45,552 bases of DNA from Octopus bimaculoides (GCF_001194135.2 NC_068982.1:57145537-57191088); one strand, 5' to 3'; positions 13,616 through 28,232 are shown, counted from the first letter of the stretch. Notes: a model not told the origin generated them from the sequence alone. Translations and numbers: made by a program.

Positions 13616-13929
13616 GCACAAGGAGTAGTAAGAACAGCAATGCTGGCTGGATTCATTGATATATGGAATAATGTTACCTTTTCTTTCGCTTCTGCATTTT
13701 ATCATAATGCATTACAGAGGAGCTTGAATAACAAGGAAAAACTATATTAGTTGTGAGAAAGTAAAACTGCAAAACCACAGGCAAAAAAAAAAAACAGGAG
13801 AAAGAAAGTGTAACACAATTTTCCTAATGAACCACTGTGGTTCTCTGATTTCTGTTAATTTCGTGAACTATGGTATTGCTGATATTTAAAATATACAACA
13901 GCATGCTCACAGAATTTTGCATTTTGCAG

Positions 13930-14016
13930 TTACCCCGAGTTCAGCTAATTCACTGGGTCAAGATAGCCGCGTTGACTTCGTAGCACCGTCTCTACTAATC
14001 CTTTCAACACGATCCT
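13930..14016 (+). CDS. Candidate 87-bp internal exon, unknown product
   Basis: Acceptor ATTTTGCAG| and donor |GTGAGC; length divisible by 3; one open frame (TPSSANSLGQDSRVDFVAPSLLILSTRS). No recognisable homology. Confidence 0.15.
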
Positions 14017-14027
14017 GTGAGCTCGAG

Positions 14028-14039
14028 GATGACGATGAC

Positions 14040-14086
<47 letters not shown>

Positions 14087-14319
14087 CGATGATGATGACG
14101 ATGATGATGATGATGATGATGATGATGATCCTTTCTACAACAGACACAAAGCCTGAAATTTTGGAGAGGAGGATACTCGACTACATGGACCCAGTACTCA
14201 GTTGGTACTTATTGACCCCGAAAGAATGAAACGCTAAGTCCACCTGAACTCAGAACATAAAGACAGACGAAATGCCGCTAAGCGTATTGCCTGGCGTTCT
14301 AACGATTCTACCAGCTCAC

Positions 14320-14381
<62 letters not shown>

Positions 14382-14450
14382 CAACAGCAACAACAACAAT
14401 AATAATAATGAGAAGAAGAAGAAGAAGAAGAAGAAGAAGAAGAAGAAGAA
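14028..14450. repeat. (GAT)n and (AAT)n(AAC)n(AAG)n tracts flanking SINE B
   Basis: Directly visible. Confidence 0.95.
14129..14322 (-). mobile_element. SINE family B with expanded (ATC)n tail
   Basis: Homologous to family B; its 3' end runs straight into the (GAT)n tract at 14028-14128. Confidence 0.85.
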
Positions 14451-14713
14451 ATCTATTTATTTGACTGCTACTTATCCCTTCTGCGATACGAAATCAATAA
14501 TATAATGTTTAAGAGCACCTACACTCGCTTATCCATAAGCAGATTTCGATTAAAATTTGGCGGTACTAGAGCAAAAATTGAGGCCGAATGGTTAACATGG
14601 GTAGAGCTGTAGTCTACGCAGAGAGCAGAGTTTATGTGCCCTGCCTTTGTGTACGAAGAGTCAGATCTAAGGTGGTATACGCGGATTGTCGGCTACCAGT
14701 GACTTGAAGTTCA

Positions 14714-15835
14714 TTAACAAAGCATACAACAGTAAGTTAGTTCACTTGCCCTGTCGATGGATACTACACGATTGTATAGTTTTTCGCGGAGGTTGGTCTG
14801 GCAATTGCGTGTTCCAGTTGAGTAAGGGAGGCGACCTGTCAGTGATACTTCGTTCATGCTGGGGAAATCATTCCGATGGTTTCGGAGTCTCCAGATGAAA
14901 CGGTATAGGGAGGTGGGATTTTCCTTATCTAAGCACCGGAAGGAGTACATATGCTGTGTATGCTTTCCCTTGAGATCCATGACTGCCATGTCCATGTAGT
15001 GCCTTGTAATGTCATCAGATTGTGTGAAGGTGCCTCCCAGTGTGTCGTTTGCAGTATTTCAGTAGTTGCAGTGGGTTAGAGGCTGCGTGAGTGTGTTTGC
15101 GTCTATTGTAGCGTGCAATATTATCTAAGCACAGATTAACTGATATTAACATTGTTCGGGGTTTACGAATTTATAATACTTATGAGTTCTAGGGAAATGC
15201 ATTTTTAACTATCATGAAGAAGGACCTAGCTATGCTGGTTAAAACTTCTAGGTTACATGGAGGATTGAACTAGTTTATCTTTCTCTTCGAACGCTCTTCG
15301 GACTAGGAGGTGAGCGTCGGGTATCCTTCTTAATGCACAAACTTCTCAGTCATTCTATTCCTCGGTAATGCCTTTCTATAATGGGATGCGCTATTCTTGA
15401 AGATCTCTCAATCTGCTGATTGTTTAGAAGCTCTTCTACTTATGCCCCAGGCTAGGTTTCTTAATACAGCTGGTGAGATAGTTGGAGTTTCTGTGGATGT
15501 AAAGATTTTGTATTGTATTTCTTGTAAGAGTAGTGCTTGCCCATCTCCATGTGTAGGGTTTCATCCAAGAAGTCGACGTTTGGTAAACTGGTGCTAACTG
15601 TTAGAGATGAGCAAAGCTCTTTGAAGTTCTTTATCTTTCCTGAACCTGTCATATGAACGGCTGCTCATATGACTTGAGCTTGATCGAATGTCCGTATACA
15701 GGTCCAAGTTATGGAGAGGTTACGCGCTTCTTTAGGGTGTCCAAGATAAATAATGCTACGAATTTAGCTATCTCTGACTCGTGGTAGCTCCCCATAGATA
15801 CATTGAACAGTGGGTCCCTTCTTCACTCTGTAGGT
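14714..15835 (-). mobile_element. Decayed Penelope-like retroelement (RT C-terminal half, linker, GIY-YIG endonuclease and Cys/His tail), frameshifted
   Basis: Hand translation across frameshifts gives LFNVSMGSYHESEIAKFVALFIL, LYTD (YRDD-like), FKELCSSLTVSTSLPNVDFLDETL, YIHRNSN, FNPPCN, HYMDMA...HMYSFR, and PYSTGTRNCQTNLREKL...RASELTYCC. These match PLE RT and GIY-YIG motifs in the expected order. Confidence 0.85.
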
Positions 15836-16644
15836 ACCATCGTGAACCAATATTGACTTTCTAGTTTTCATAATGATTCTCATATATAAAGATCACTGAT
15901 GTTAATGAATTGCCTATCAAAATCTAAAGCACTCAGGAGTCGATGTCTTGTTTAAGACCAAGTATTTTTGAAATTATTTCTCATACGAACCGTATAAGTA
16001 ATACTTATCCCTAATTATTATTATATTAATATTAAAATAAGTTTAAGATACATAGTTAAATTAATGCCCACGTAATTCAAATAGTGATTATTTTAAGAAT
16101 ATGTTACAAAGAAAATATCGTATAAATCAATAACTGATACTGATTTTATTCTACCAGTATGTACGGGAGATAACTGCGAACATATTTTCCCTTATTAGAA
16201 TTCCTTAGTAAAACATATACTTCACAGCCTTTGTCTAAACAGCAATGAGATAAAGTCTGAGTAAATAGATACCACCTCCAGCTTAGGAAATGTTAGAGAC
16301 AGAGACAGTGATTGGTTTAATTCTCACACCAAGCTATACGTATTGCCATCAAGAGACCAAATTTTCACTGCAAAATTAGATAGATTTATTCATCTCACAC
16401 TCTCTTTCTCTTTCCCTGTACCTCACTAGCTCTTTTACACTCTCTAGCGCGCGCACGCACACATACGTACAATCCCCCCAACACACACACACACACACAT
16501 GTATATATATCTTTCTGATGATTTTATAATTTATTCTTATTTCCGAAAACCTTTAACCTATTATGTTATTCTGTTTACTCAATACCTTCCTGCTATCATC
16601 TTTCTTTCGCATCCGTCCACTATCTCTTTTTTTACCACCTACCA

Positions 16645-17470
<826 letters not shown>

Positions 17471-18240
17471 TGCGTATGTACGTGCGTGTACAAGTGTTAA
17501 TGTTTGTCTGTGTTTGTATAGAATCTGCTTTCCCAATTTCCAAACTTTGCTGTCACAGAACAGGACCGTTTTAAGGGTGTCTCATTCCATAAATGTCAGA
17601 CCAATTATTACTGGATACCCAAGAAGATCATTCGACCAAGAATTGTTTCCACTAGTTGCCCAAAATGTCGACATGCAAATTAGGGACAAGAGTTGCACGC
17701 AATCTCTTTTAACAGTACAAGAAACCTTTCTCCAAAGCAAGTGTTTTTACTGAAACAAAAGCGATTCAATAAATGGATACTTTATACTATACTTTGTCGT
17801 AAATGTGCATGTGAGACGTTAATAAGAATGAAGTTTATGGCAATTACATATATTTATATATATATATANNNNNNNNNNNNNNNNNNNNNNNNNNNNNNNN
17901 NNNNNNNNNNNNNNNNNNNNNNNNNNNNNNNNNNNNNNNNNNNNNNNNNNNNNNNNNNNNNNNNNNNNNNNNNNNNNNNNNNNNNNNNNNNNNNNNNNNN
18001 NNNNNNNNNNNNNNNNNNNNNNNNNNNNNNNNNNNNNNNNNNNNNNNNNNNNNNNNNNNNNNNNNNNNNNNNNNNNNNNNNNNNNNNNNNNNNNNNNNNN
18101 NNNNNNNNNNNNNNNNNNNNNNNNNNNNNNNNNNNNNNNNNNNNNNNNNNNNNNNNNNNNNNNNNNNNNNNNNNNNNNNNNNNNNNNNNNNNNNNNNNNN
18201 NNNNNNNNNNNNNNNNNNNNNNNNNNNNNNNNNNNNNNNN

Positions 18241-18275
<35 letters not shown>

Positions 18276-18775
18276 CATAGTTATACATATATATATATAT
18301 GTATGCTACATAGTTATATGCACTCATACACAAACGCACACATACATACGTAATGAATTAAAGAAACCATAAAGTACGAATGCGTATCAAATAATACATT
18401 TTACTCCCTTTCCACGATGTAATAATACACACACATATATATGTATGTATATATGCTTTTATATACACATACATACCTATATATATATATTTATATATAC
18501 ATGTGTATAGACATTATACACATAGATCAATGTATGCATGTGTGTGTGTGTGTGTGTGTCTGTTCAAGTATTTGTGTATATATTTAAATAATTCCTTTCT
18601 CCTCCTCACACCATCTTAAATTCCACATAGAAGTATCTTTAATGCAGCTCTACAATTCTTTGTCTCTCTTTCTTTCTCTTCATATTTTCATTCGTTTATC
18701 TTCATATTTTAGTTTTCAATCGTTGATATGGTTTATATAACCTAAACAGAAATCTGTCTATATCTACATGCATAA

Positions 18776-18888
<113 letters not shown>

Positions 18889-18924
18889 GTGAACATTTTC
18901 GAATTTGAATATTTGAGTGTGTGT

Positions 18925-19408
18925 AAGGCGGTGAGCTGGCAGAATCGCTATAACACCGGGCTAAATGCTTAGAGACATTTAGTCCGTCTTTACGTTCATA
19001 TTACGTCGAGGTTGCTCCGGCAGGGGATGGTGGCGAACCTTGCTGTACTCTTTCACCACAACTTTCTCTCACCCTTTCTTCCTGTTTCTGTTGTGCCTGT
19101 AATTCAAAGGGTCAGCCTTGTCACACTCTGTGTCACGCTGAATATCCCCGAGAACTACGTTAAGGGTACACGTGTCTGTGGAGTGCTCAGCCACTTGCAC
19201 GTTAATTTCACGAGCAGGCTGTTCCGTTGATCAGATCAACTGGAACCCTCGTCGTCGTAAGCGACGGAGTGCCAACATTAACGTCGAGGTTGACTTCACC
19301 TTTGATCCTTTCGAAGTCGATAATATAAGTACCAGTTGATTACTGGAGTCGATGTAAATGACTTCCGCCCTTCCCCGAGAATGCTGGCCTTGTACCAAAA
19401 GTTTGAGC
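18925..19408 (+). mobile_element. SINE family B interrupted by a nested insertion
   Basis: 5' part 18925-19014 and 3' part 19281-19408 are collinear with the family B consensus. Confidence 0.85.
19015..19280 (+). mobile_element. Retroposed repeat (family D) nested in SINE B with 12-bp TSD
   Basis: ACGTCGAGGTTG is duplicated at 19003-19014 and 19281-19292. Diverged inverted homologues occur near 26960-27070 and 27685-27770. Confidence 0.8.
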
Positions 19409-20044
19409 CCAAGATATAAGTGTTTGTGAATCTTATTTGATGCTCAATGTTACCGAACTGACCTCTGTTGTCTAACAGAGAAGTTCTATTATAATGGTTT
19501 GAATATATTTTCATTTCTATTATACAACTAAAGATTACGGTCTCAAAGTCGTGTGGTTGTTTATTTTATCAAGTCAAGCAACTTTTTGAAGGCGATTCGA
19601 AACAGAAAAAATCAAAATAAAAATATGTCTGTTTCGGCAGTCAACATTGTCGCTATGAGAGTCTTCACCTATCATTTATCTATCTTTGGCAAGATTTCAT
19701 CTTTGGCAAGTGATTTTTGCCATAGCCTTGCGTTAAACCATAGCTCTTGTAAGTTAAAAAGGGCAGGCAGAAAATGTGTGAAATGCATCGGAGAATTTCT
19801 ACATATTAGGTAATGGGCCATAAACACTCTATCATTCCGAATCAGGAACTTCTCAGCACTCCCTCATACATCTGTGTATTAACATTCATGATCGTTGTTT
19901 TACTTACACAGGTATAAGCACACATACGCATGCGATTTCATACACACACATAAATACGGGTATTCATAAATTATCTTTACAATTTCTACAAGCATCGCTA
20001 GATGTACTCTATGCAACCAATGGAGCCCACGTGGAAGTGTTCTA

Positions 20045-20100
<56 letters not shown>

Positions 20101-20510
20101 ATGACTCAGCAAAAGCGGTCGATAGAGTATGTTCTGGAGTGATTCTTTCGACTACAGTTCTTCAAGGCATTACGTTAGTATTGCCCCAGTCGATAGACTA
20201 AAACGAGTGAAAGATAAAAGGTACATTCACAAAGAGACAGAGGGGGGAGAGAGAAAGTGAGAGTGAGTGAGAGAGAGAAAAAGAAAGCAAGAGAGAAAGA
20301 GAGAGAGAAAAAGAAAGCAAGAGAGAAAGAGAGAGAGAAAATGAATTCTTCCCCGTGCACTGCAATGGTTGATGCCAGGGGAGTCTTAACATGCACTTTA
20401 AACATACAAGTTTTATAATTTATTAGTGTTTGGTTTGTTTAAGTACGCTAATCTGTGCGTCCCTATTAGTGTATGTTTGTGTATTTCCGTGTATGTTAGA
20501 GTTAGTGTTT

Positions 20511-20570
<60 letters not shown>

Positions 20571-20865
20571 AGAGTATTTGGTCGTGTTCTGTGTCACTGG
20601 ATAACACAGGTTTTATTCTGACTAGTCAGTTCTCAAAATCTTCATTATCAAAACTAGATGCACTGTAATCATGAATAATGAGTAAATCCTCTTGATAAAT
20701 TAGAAAACGAAACGTAATATAACGCTAGAGATAATAGATGCCTTAATCTACAAATGATGGAATGGTCACGACATGATGCGGGTGCTTGATCAGAGATGAC
20801 CCTGAGATTAAACACTACCAACAGCTAGAAGAGAACGTATTACTGCACGTTTAGCTTCATAATAT

Positions 20866-21150
20866 GTCGTCGTCGTCGTCAGCTTTATCTCCTATCCGAA
20901 AATTTAGTTTCTTTGTTGAACGTTACCTTTATGCAGATGGCGTTGATGACTCAGTTGACCAATTCTTGCATAGAAGAGCCGATGTCAATGACTGCATGGT
21001 AGTGTTGATGGAGGATGAGGTATGTTTTTTCTTTGAGCCTTTCTCTCCTGTCGTTTGCTTTCTTTCTTTTCTCTTCTGGTGATTTCGAGGTTTTTGGTTC
21101 CGATGGTGATGCAACACCGGCTCTTGGCACGGTCTGATGCTCGCTCCTTG
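20866..21150 (-). mobile_element. 3' end of an RTE-clade LINE (ORF2 C-terminal C2H2 finger plus (GAC)n tail)
   Basis: Minus frame DRAKSRCCITIGTKNLEITRREKKESKRQERKAQ...TLPCSH*HRLFYARIGQLSHQRHLH matches the RTE DRxxWR...KRxxRK...CxxC...RIGLxSHxRxH end. The stop is at 20904-20906, followed by a (GAC)n tail at 20866-20880. Confidence 0.8.
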
Positions 21151-21394
21151 TCGTGATGGAGGGGCTTGCGTGGGCCAATGACTGAGAGCGATGCCGTCGG
21201 AAGTTCTAAACTCCCGGTAGGTCCACCCTTGGCGGCAAGATCGAAGATGATGACACAGACTAAGCGAGACTAACCCCCAAAGGTGGTTGGTGTATGTGTG
21301 TGTGTGAGAGAGAGAGAGAGAGTACCTACAACAAATCTTATAATACGATAGGAAAACAAAACAGCATGGAAAATCCAGTCTCAACAACATATTC

Positions 21395-21620
21395 AATGCC
21401 AAGCTAATGCGGGGCAATGACGAAACCACGTACTGGTTTCTCACTATGCTAGAAATAGCAGCTAAATTTTCTTCCAATCAACCTAGTTTTTTTTTTTTAG
21501 GAACAGCACATGTAATAATATAGTCCCTGATATATAAATAGAAGGAATGACTGTGACAACAGTTCCTTTGATCATAGATCTGCCTAATCAAAGTTAACTC
21601 TATCTAAACAACAACAAAAA
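21395..21620 (+). repeat. Interspersed repeat family C (GCTAGAAATAGCAGCTAAA...TTTGATCATAG...CTAAACAACAAC)
   Basis: Degenerate homologues lie at about 4016-4300 (-), 9960-10280 (+), 21830-21935, 22020-22250 and 29104-29213. The (AAC)n tail suggests retroposition. Confidence 0.55.
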
Positions 21621-22446
21621 TAACAAAATATACAATACACAACTAAATATGGCGCCTCAGAAGCTACTCGACTTCCTTGAAATATCTCTCTGACCAAGAC
21701 ATACCGTCATTAAAGAAATATACGATAAAGTAGTGTTGATTGTATACGCAAATTTTCTCTGGCTGGAGTTTGGTGAATTTTCATTAAAAGTGTGCTCCAT
21801 TTAAACTAATTTCTGCTAAAATATTAATGTATGCTAGATAAAGGGAATCAAGAGAGCTTTTACCATTTACAAGAAACTGCAGCTAAACCTACCCAATAAA
21901 ATCTTTAAAAGGAAGGATACACTGAATAAATAAATATGAAGAAAGACTGGTCACTTCGCTCATCGATAACCTAGGACTTAAAGATAGTAACAATAGCGAT
22001 AACGAAAATACATATAATATGCGAATCAAGGAGGCAGGCCATCTAGATAATCTCCCAATCTGCTATAAATAGTAGCTAAATCTCCTTCAAATCATATCTG
22101 ACGGCCGTATACAAATAAAATGCACACAGGGTAGTATAATTAGCGATATACTAAGAGTGAAAAGGAACATCAGGACGGGCATGGCTGGAAAGTTTTTGAA
22201 CATAAGTCTGGTGAATCGAAGATCTACGACGGGCTGGAGTTGAACAGTTTTGACCCTCACAATGCAAGTGTTATGAAATTACTTCCCTAACTTAGTAGTA
22301 AACAAAAACAAAAAAGTTACAATGCACTTCCAGATTATTATTATTGTAGTTTAGCTCTTGGTAAATCTTGACTGAGTAAAATTCCAACCCAAGATGTTCT
22401 GTACTTGAATGACCAATCAGTATTTTTCTATATCTTGTACTCGCAA

Positions 22447-22597
22447 ACGCAGGCATAAACTGAGTGGTCAAGAAATTTGTTTCGTGACCATTAGCAGCCC
22501 TACAGTTGATCTCACTGCAGGATATCTGGAACAAGTGCATGCGTCTACAATAGTATCGGATTACCCATAATCTCGTAAGTGAATTTGGAGGGTCGGA
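22447..22597 (+). mobile_element. Diverged SINE family A head, ending at the MITE
   Basis: Degenerate match to the A head and body, ending a few bases before the TIR at 22605. Confidence 0.55.
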
Positions 22598-22604
22598 TAA
22601 TATA

Positions 22605-22816
22605 CAGGGTGTCCACAAGGTCTGGGTACATGGAGTAAATAAAATCGTAACATAAACAATTAAATATAAGAAATATTAATTTCTTAAAGTATTCGTTAAT
22701 CCCCGTGTGGGTACATGGAGTAAATAAAATCATAACATAAACAATTGAATATAAGAAATAATAATTTCTTAAAGTATGTGTTAATCCTCATGTACCCAGA
22801 CTTTGTGGACACCCTG
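22605..22816. mobile_element. Tc1/mariner-type MITE with internal tandem duplication
   Basis: 28-bp TIRs CAGGGTGTCCACAAGGTCTGGGTACATG (22605-22632) and 22789-22816 match at 27/28. TA flanks lie at 22603-22604 and 22817-22818. Confidence 0.9.
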
Positions 22817-23615
22817 TATAATTTCGTCTTCAAATGTCTGACATTCACACACTTGTGTCACGTTGATTATACTTGAAAATTACGTTAAAGACACACCTGT
22901 CTACAAAGCCAACCATTTCCCCCTTTAATTTCAGTGTAGGATATCAAGTTGACCGAACAAGAAAATAATCTTACTACAAATTCCACTTAAAAATCGGTCT
23001 TATCGATGTGTAATGGAATTTGGTTGCTATTTCTAGGTGGTCGACAACTGGATAATGGACTCATCACTTTGGTTCCAAGGTATGCAATTTTTAAACGAAC
23101 AATGGGATATAAATGATTTCATGTAAAATACGCCAGAGTATAGCGTATATATATATATATAGTCCCGTATGCTATGCACCTGCTATAAGAAGTAATACAA
23201 CGTAATACTTAACGGAACATCATATATTTAGTAATTATAAAACTTACTGAAATCTATGTCGCTTTACTGCATAGAATACTTAAAAATGCACACACAGACA
23301 CAGGCACACACACACACACACAAACATACACAATCAAACACACACGCAGTCACACACACACACGCACATACACACACGCACACACACACCACACACACAC
23401 ACACACCACACCTACACACCTACACACATACATACATATTTATATATATGTATTATATATATCTACATATATATATATATATACATATATATATGAACAT
23501 ATATATATGTATATATATATATATATATATATTATAGTAAATATATGAATTTATATATATATTAATATATATGTGTGTATATATATAAATATATATATAA
23601 ATTCACATATATAAT

Positions 23616-23692
<77 letters not shown>

Positions 23693-24024
23693 NNNNNNNN
23701 NNNNNNNNNNNNNNNNNNNNNNNNNNNNNNNNNNNNNNNNNNNNNNNNNNNNNNNNNNNNNNNNNNNNNNNNNNNNNNNNNNNNNNNNNNNNNNNNNNNN
23801 NNNNNNNNNNNNNNNNNNNNNNNNNNNNNNNNNNNNNNNNNNNNNNNNNNNNNNNNNNNNNNNNNNNNNNNNNNNNNNNNNNNNNNNNNNNNNNNNNNNN
23901 NNNNNNNNNNNNNNNNNNNNNNNNNNNNNNNNNNNNNNNNNNNNNNNNNNNNNNNNNNNNNNNNNNNNNNNNNNNNNNNNNNNNNNNNNNNNNNNNNNNN
24001 NNNNNNNNNNNNNNNNNNNNNNNN

Positions 24025-24061
<37 letters not shown>

Positions 24062-25853
24062 GCATATATACATGTATACATACATGGAAAAAGTAGTGAC
24101 GGTACAGAGCAATAATAATTCAACATACTGCAGTTCGTAACATCCAAAAGTAAGTACATTAAGAATACATAATATTTTTCTATAGTTAATGTAATTCTAT
24201 CAATACCAACATTCTTTAAAATAGCCAACTTTAATGAAATGATAGAAACAATATATATATATAATATAAAAACAAAACTTATACAACGTACGTATATTGC
24301 ATGACTGAATATCATGATTATATTCAGGTGAAGGGATCCAATAATATCGAAAGAATGAAATGAGGAGTGCAGAGGGGAAGTGGGGGGAGGTGTTTTGAAA
24401 ATCGTATATAGAATCTTCGAATTACAGAAAAGGAATTATGATGCGCAAAAGAAATAAAATATAACTTTTGAAACTGTAAAATATGAATGGTATTTGTAGC
24501 AAAAAAAAAAAATCAAAAATTAAAAAAATAAACTCATTCATATAAACATACAAATGCACCCGCACATTCAAATATATGTATATATATATATATGTGTGTG
24601 CATTATGCAAAGACAGACACATATGAAAACAGGACTAATTTTTGCATGCATATACACACATGCACGTGTACAAGTTCATACACACACNNNNNNNNNNNNN
24701 NNNNNNNNNNNNNNNNNNNNNNNNNNNNNNNNNNNNNNNNNNNNNNNNNNNNNNNNNNNNNNNNNNNNNNNNNNNNNNNNNNNNNNNNNNNNNNNNNNNN
24801 NNNNNNNNNNNNNNNNNNNNNNNNNNNNNNNNNNNNNNNNNNNNNNNNNNNNNNNNNNNNNNNNNNNNNNNNNNNNNNNNNNNNNNNNNNNNNNNNNNNN
24901 NNNNNNNNNNNNNNNNNNNNNNNNNNNNNNNNNNNNNNNNNNNNNNNNNNNNNNNNNNNNNNNNNNNNNNNNNNNNNNNNNNNNNNNNNNNNNNNNNNNN
25001 NNNNNNNNNNNNNNNNNNNNNNNNNNNNNNNNNNNNNNNNNNNNNNNNNNNNNNNNNNNNNNNNNNNNNNNNNNNNNNNNNNNNNNNNNNNNNNNNNNNN
25101 NNNNNNNNNNNNNNNNNNNNNNNNNNNNNNNNNNNNNNNNNNNNNNNNNNNNNNNNNNNNNNNNNNNNNNNNNNNNNNNNNNNNNNNNNNNNNNNNNNNN
25201 NNNNNNNNNNNNNNNNNNNNNNNNNNNNNNNNNNNNNNNNNNNNNNNNNNNNNNNNNNNNNNNNNNNNNNNNNNNNNNNNNNNNNNNNNNNNNNNNNNNN
25301 NNNNNNNNNNNNNNNNNNNNNNNNNNNNNNNNNNNNNNNNNNNNNNNNNNNNNNNNNNCACACAAACATATATATATATATGTGTGTGTGTGTATGTGTA
25401 TACATATGAACCAAGATATATTTATCTAAACTTCATTTAACTTTATAGGAAAAGAAATTTTAAAATCGTTATCCTGTATTATTTAAGACAGGATTGACTG
25501 AAACATGGTTCGTTGTATCCTGTCAGAGTTCTCAATGCTGCCCAGAGTTTTGATAAGTTATCCATTAACTTTTTGAGCTTTTTCTAATCTGTAATCCTTT
25601 ATTGAAGTCATCTCATCACGTACGTATTAAATTTGTATCAGAAATAGAACTTAGGACATTAATTTCTTACTTTCGTTGTTTCTCTCCATTTGTTTTATAC
25701 ACACGCGCTCGCATACACCTATACATAACTCTACATATATGTGTGGGTGTTGTTTCCGTAATCAACGTGTGTGCATTGTGTTTCTGGTATTATGTGAATA
25801 TATACTCACACACACAAACACACACACGTATATATGTGTGTGTGCATATATAT

Positions 25854-25924
<71 letters not shown>

Positions 25925-26060
25925 GCTAAGAAAATCAAGAACATTTGTACATGAAAAAATGAATTCTATATGAATTCTGTGAACTTATCCAACTGAAAAA
26001 ACCATGTACAGGAAGTTAAGACAATAAAACGAAGCTTCCACATAGTTTTCCTTTGGATAT

Positions 26061-26224
26061 AGGCGCAAGAGTGACTGTGTAGTAAGAGGCTTACCTCCCA
26101 ATCACATAGTTTCGGGCTTGGTTCCACTGCCTAGCACCTTGGACATGTGTCTTCTACTTTGGCCTCGGGCTGACCAAAGCCTTGTGAGTGGAATTTGTAG
26201 ACGGTAACTGAAAGAAGTCCGTCG

Positions 26225-26311
<87 letters not shown>

Positions 26312-26515
26312 TTGAGTTTGTGTTTGTACCCCCACTATCGCTTGACAATGCTGGTGTGTTTACGTCCCCGTAAATTAGCGGTTCGGCAGAAGATACCGAT
26401 AGAATAAATACTAGGCTTACAAAGAATAATTCCTGGGGTCGATTTGTTCGACTAAAGGCGATGCTCCAGCATGGCCGCAGGCAGATGACTGAAACAAATA
26501 AAAGAGAATAAAAGA
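26061..26515 (+). mobile_element. SINE family A, full length
   Basis: AGGCGCAAGAGTGACTG head, internal (TG)n, and an ATGCTCCAGCATGGCCGCAG...AAAAGA tail. Confidence 0.9.
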
Positions 26516-26776
26516 AAAAAGAATAATAGAAGAATCCTCATGGCGTTCTAAATACCTGGAACTGGTTATTTGCGCTAAAATATAATTTTAAGTTGAACTA
26601 CATAGCCATATATATGGGCAGCACTGGACAAATATGGTGTTTTACACCTTTTACCCTAAGAGAGAATCTTTTCTCCACGGTAACTGCAATGAATTTCCCA
26701 TTAGAAGCTGAAATATGCCACAAATGTTTTACGTAACCTAAAATTCGCTTATGTCTATATGTTGCTTGGCGCTGAT

Positions 26777-26817
<41 letters not shown>

Positions 26818-27540
26818 TTTGTGTGAATACACATACATGCATACATACATATATGTAACTAGTAACTATATTCATATGTAAATACAATCCTATATATGAT
26901 AGGCCCTCATATTTTGTTCGATGTGTGAGCTTCCGATTGCTCCATCAATAGGACATCTACCTCATTAAATCAGTGTGCTAAGTAGCTGAGTATTCCACAG
27001 ACACTAGTACTCTTAATGTTATTCTCAATAAAATCAACCCTTTCAGCAGGTTATGACACACTTTCTGCTAGTTTAACTTTACTTACAAGTCTTAGGCTGA
27101 CCCTAGAAGGCTGTAGTAGATGCAATGACTTAAGACGCTGCACAATAGGATGGAGACAGCTTGGGTGCGATGTGACATAGTTAATCGCTTAGCCATGCTT
27201 GCCTCACCCGTCATATGTGCATACACACACACACACACACACATACACACATGTACACGCACATGTATATATAGATCTGAACTGAAGAAGATGCTACGTA
27301 AGTGATTTACTTTCTTGAATAATGATCTGAAATATGTATATTAAATGAATTCAAAGTATTAATATCTGGTTTGGATTTATTACGCTATGTTATACGATAC
27401 CAAGCCATAACAAGCTAGCCTGTCATTACTTCTTTTACACTTATTATAACAATGATTTGGAGCGACTTGGAGTGCTGGACCGGTGTCGAAAAATTCTGAA
27501 AGTGCATTAGTTCTAAGTATAATACTACACGCACACACCC

Positions 27541-27577
<37 letters not shown>

Positions 27578-28232
27578 ACTTTCGCAGGCAGCTGAAGTAA
27601 GTAAAAACCAAGTAGTTCTTTGTCAGTTTTGATTATATGCACTCCAGTTCTCTGACCCCCGAGTTTATCTTATCATTGAATTAAAGTACTAGTGGGTGAG
27701 TATTCCACTAACATTTGATCTCTAATATAATTCTGACACAGAAGCAGCGTGGTACAGTATGTAATATGAATACGTGTTTAGACTACAAGCAGAATCTCTC
27801 CACACAGTCTTCCTATAGCTGATGTCAGCAACAGAGGTTGAGTGAAACCGAGGTTCTATGGTACATATTTGCCCCAAGATGCTATGTTAGGTAATCGCTT
27901 CGAACTCGCGATCTCATATTTGTGGAGTGAACTTCATTTCCATTCCACAATTCTAGAAGGTTAAATATAAATTTAATTTAGTTAACCCAAAGTTGAAATG
28001 TAACCAGCTGAAAATATACTTTACTTTTTTTCTTTTCGAACACAATAAAGTGAAGCCCACTAACTCGGTTGAATAAGTCAATAGACTAAACTTGATGACC
28101 CGGTCAAGCTGATCTTTACAGCAATTTTGACTACTCAATTTGTTAGTAAATCTCCGATGTTTTCTTAAACTTGCTTTATAACAATAACCACATTTTAAAC
28201 ATTTACAAACAATTATATACATATTTATATAT

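Noticed and set aside
13917-14156. Poly-Asp or poly-Met ORFs
   Set aside because: The (GAT)n tract is the expanded tail of the adjacent SINE B.
17521-17753. 77-codon unique tail of ORF 16857-17753 as an exon (similarly 2580-2830 and 40715-40971)
   Set aside because: No recognisable homology or consistent splice sites, and the length is within chance expectation.
20929-21477. 182-aa and 75-aa minus-strand ORFs as host genes
   Set aside because: They are alternative frames over the RTE LINE remnant; the third frame carries the recognisable motifs.
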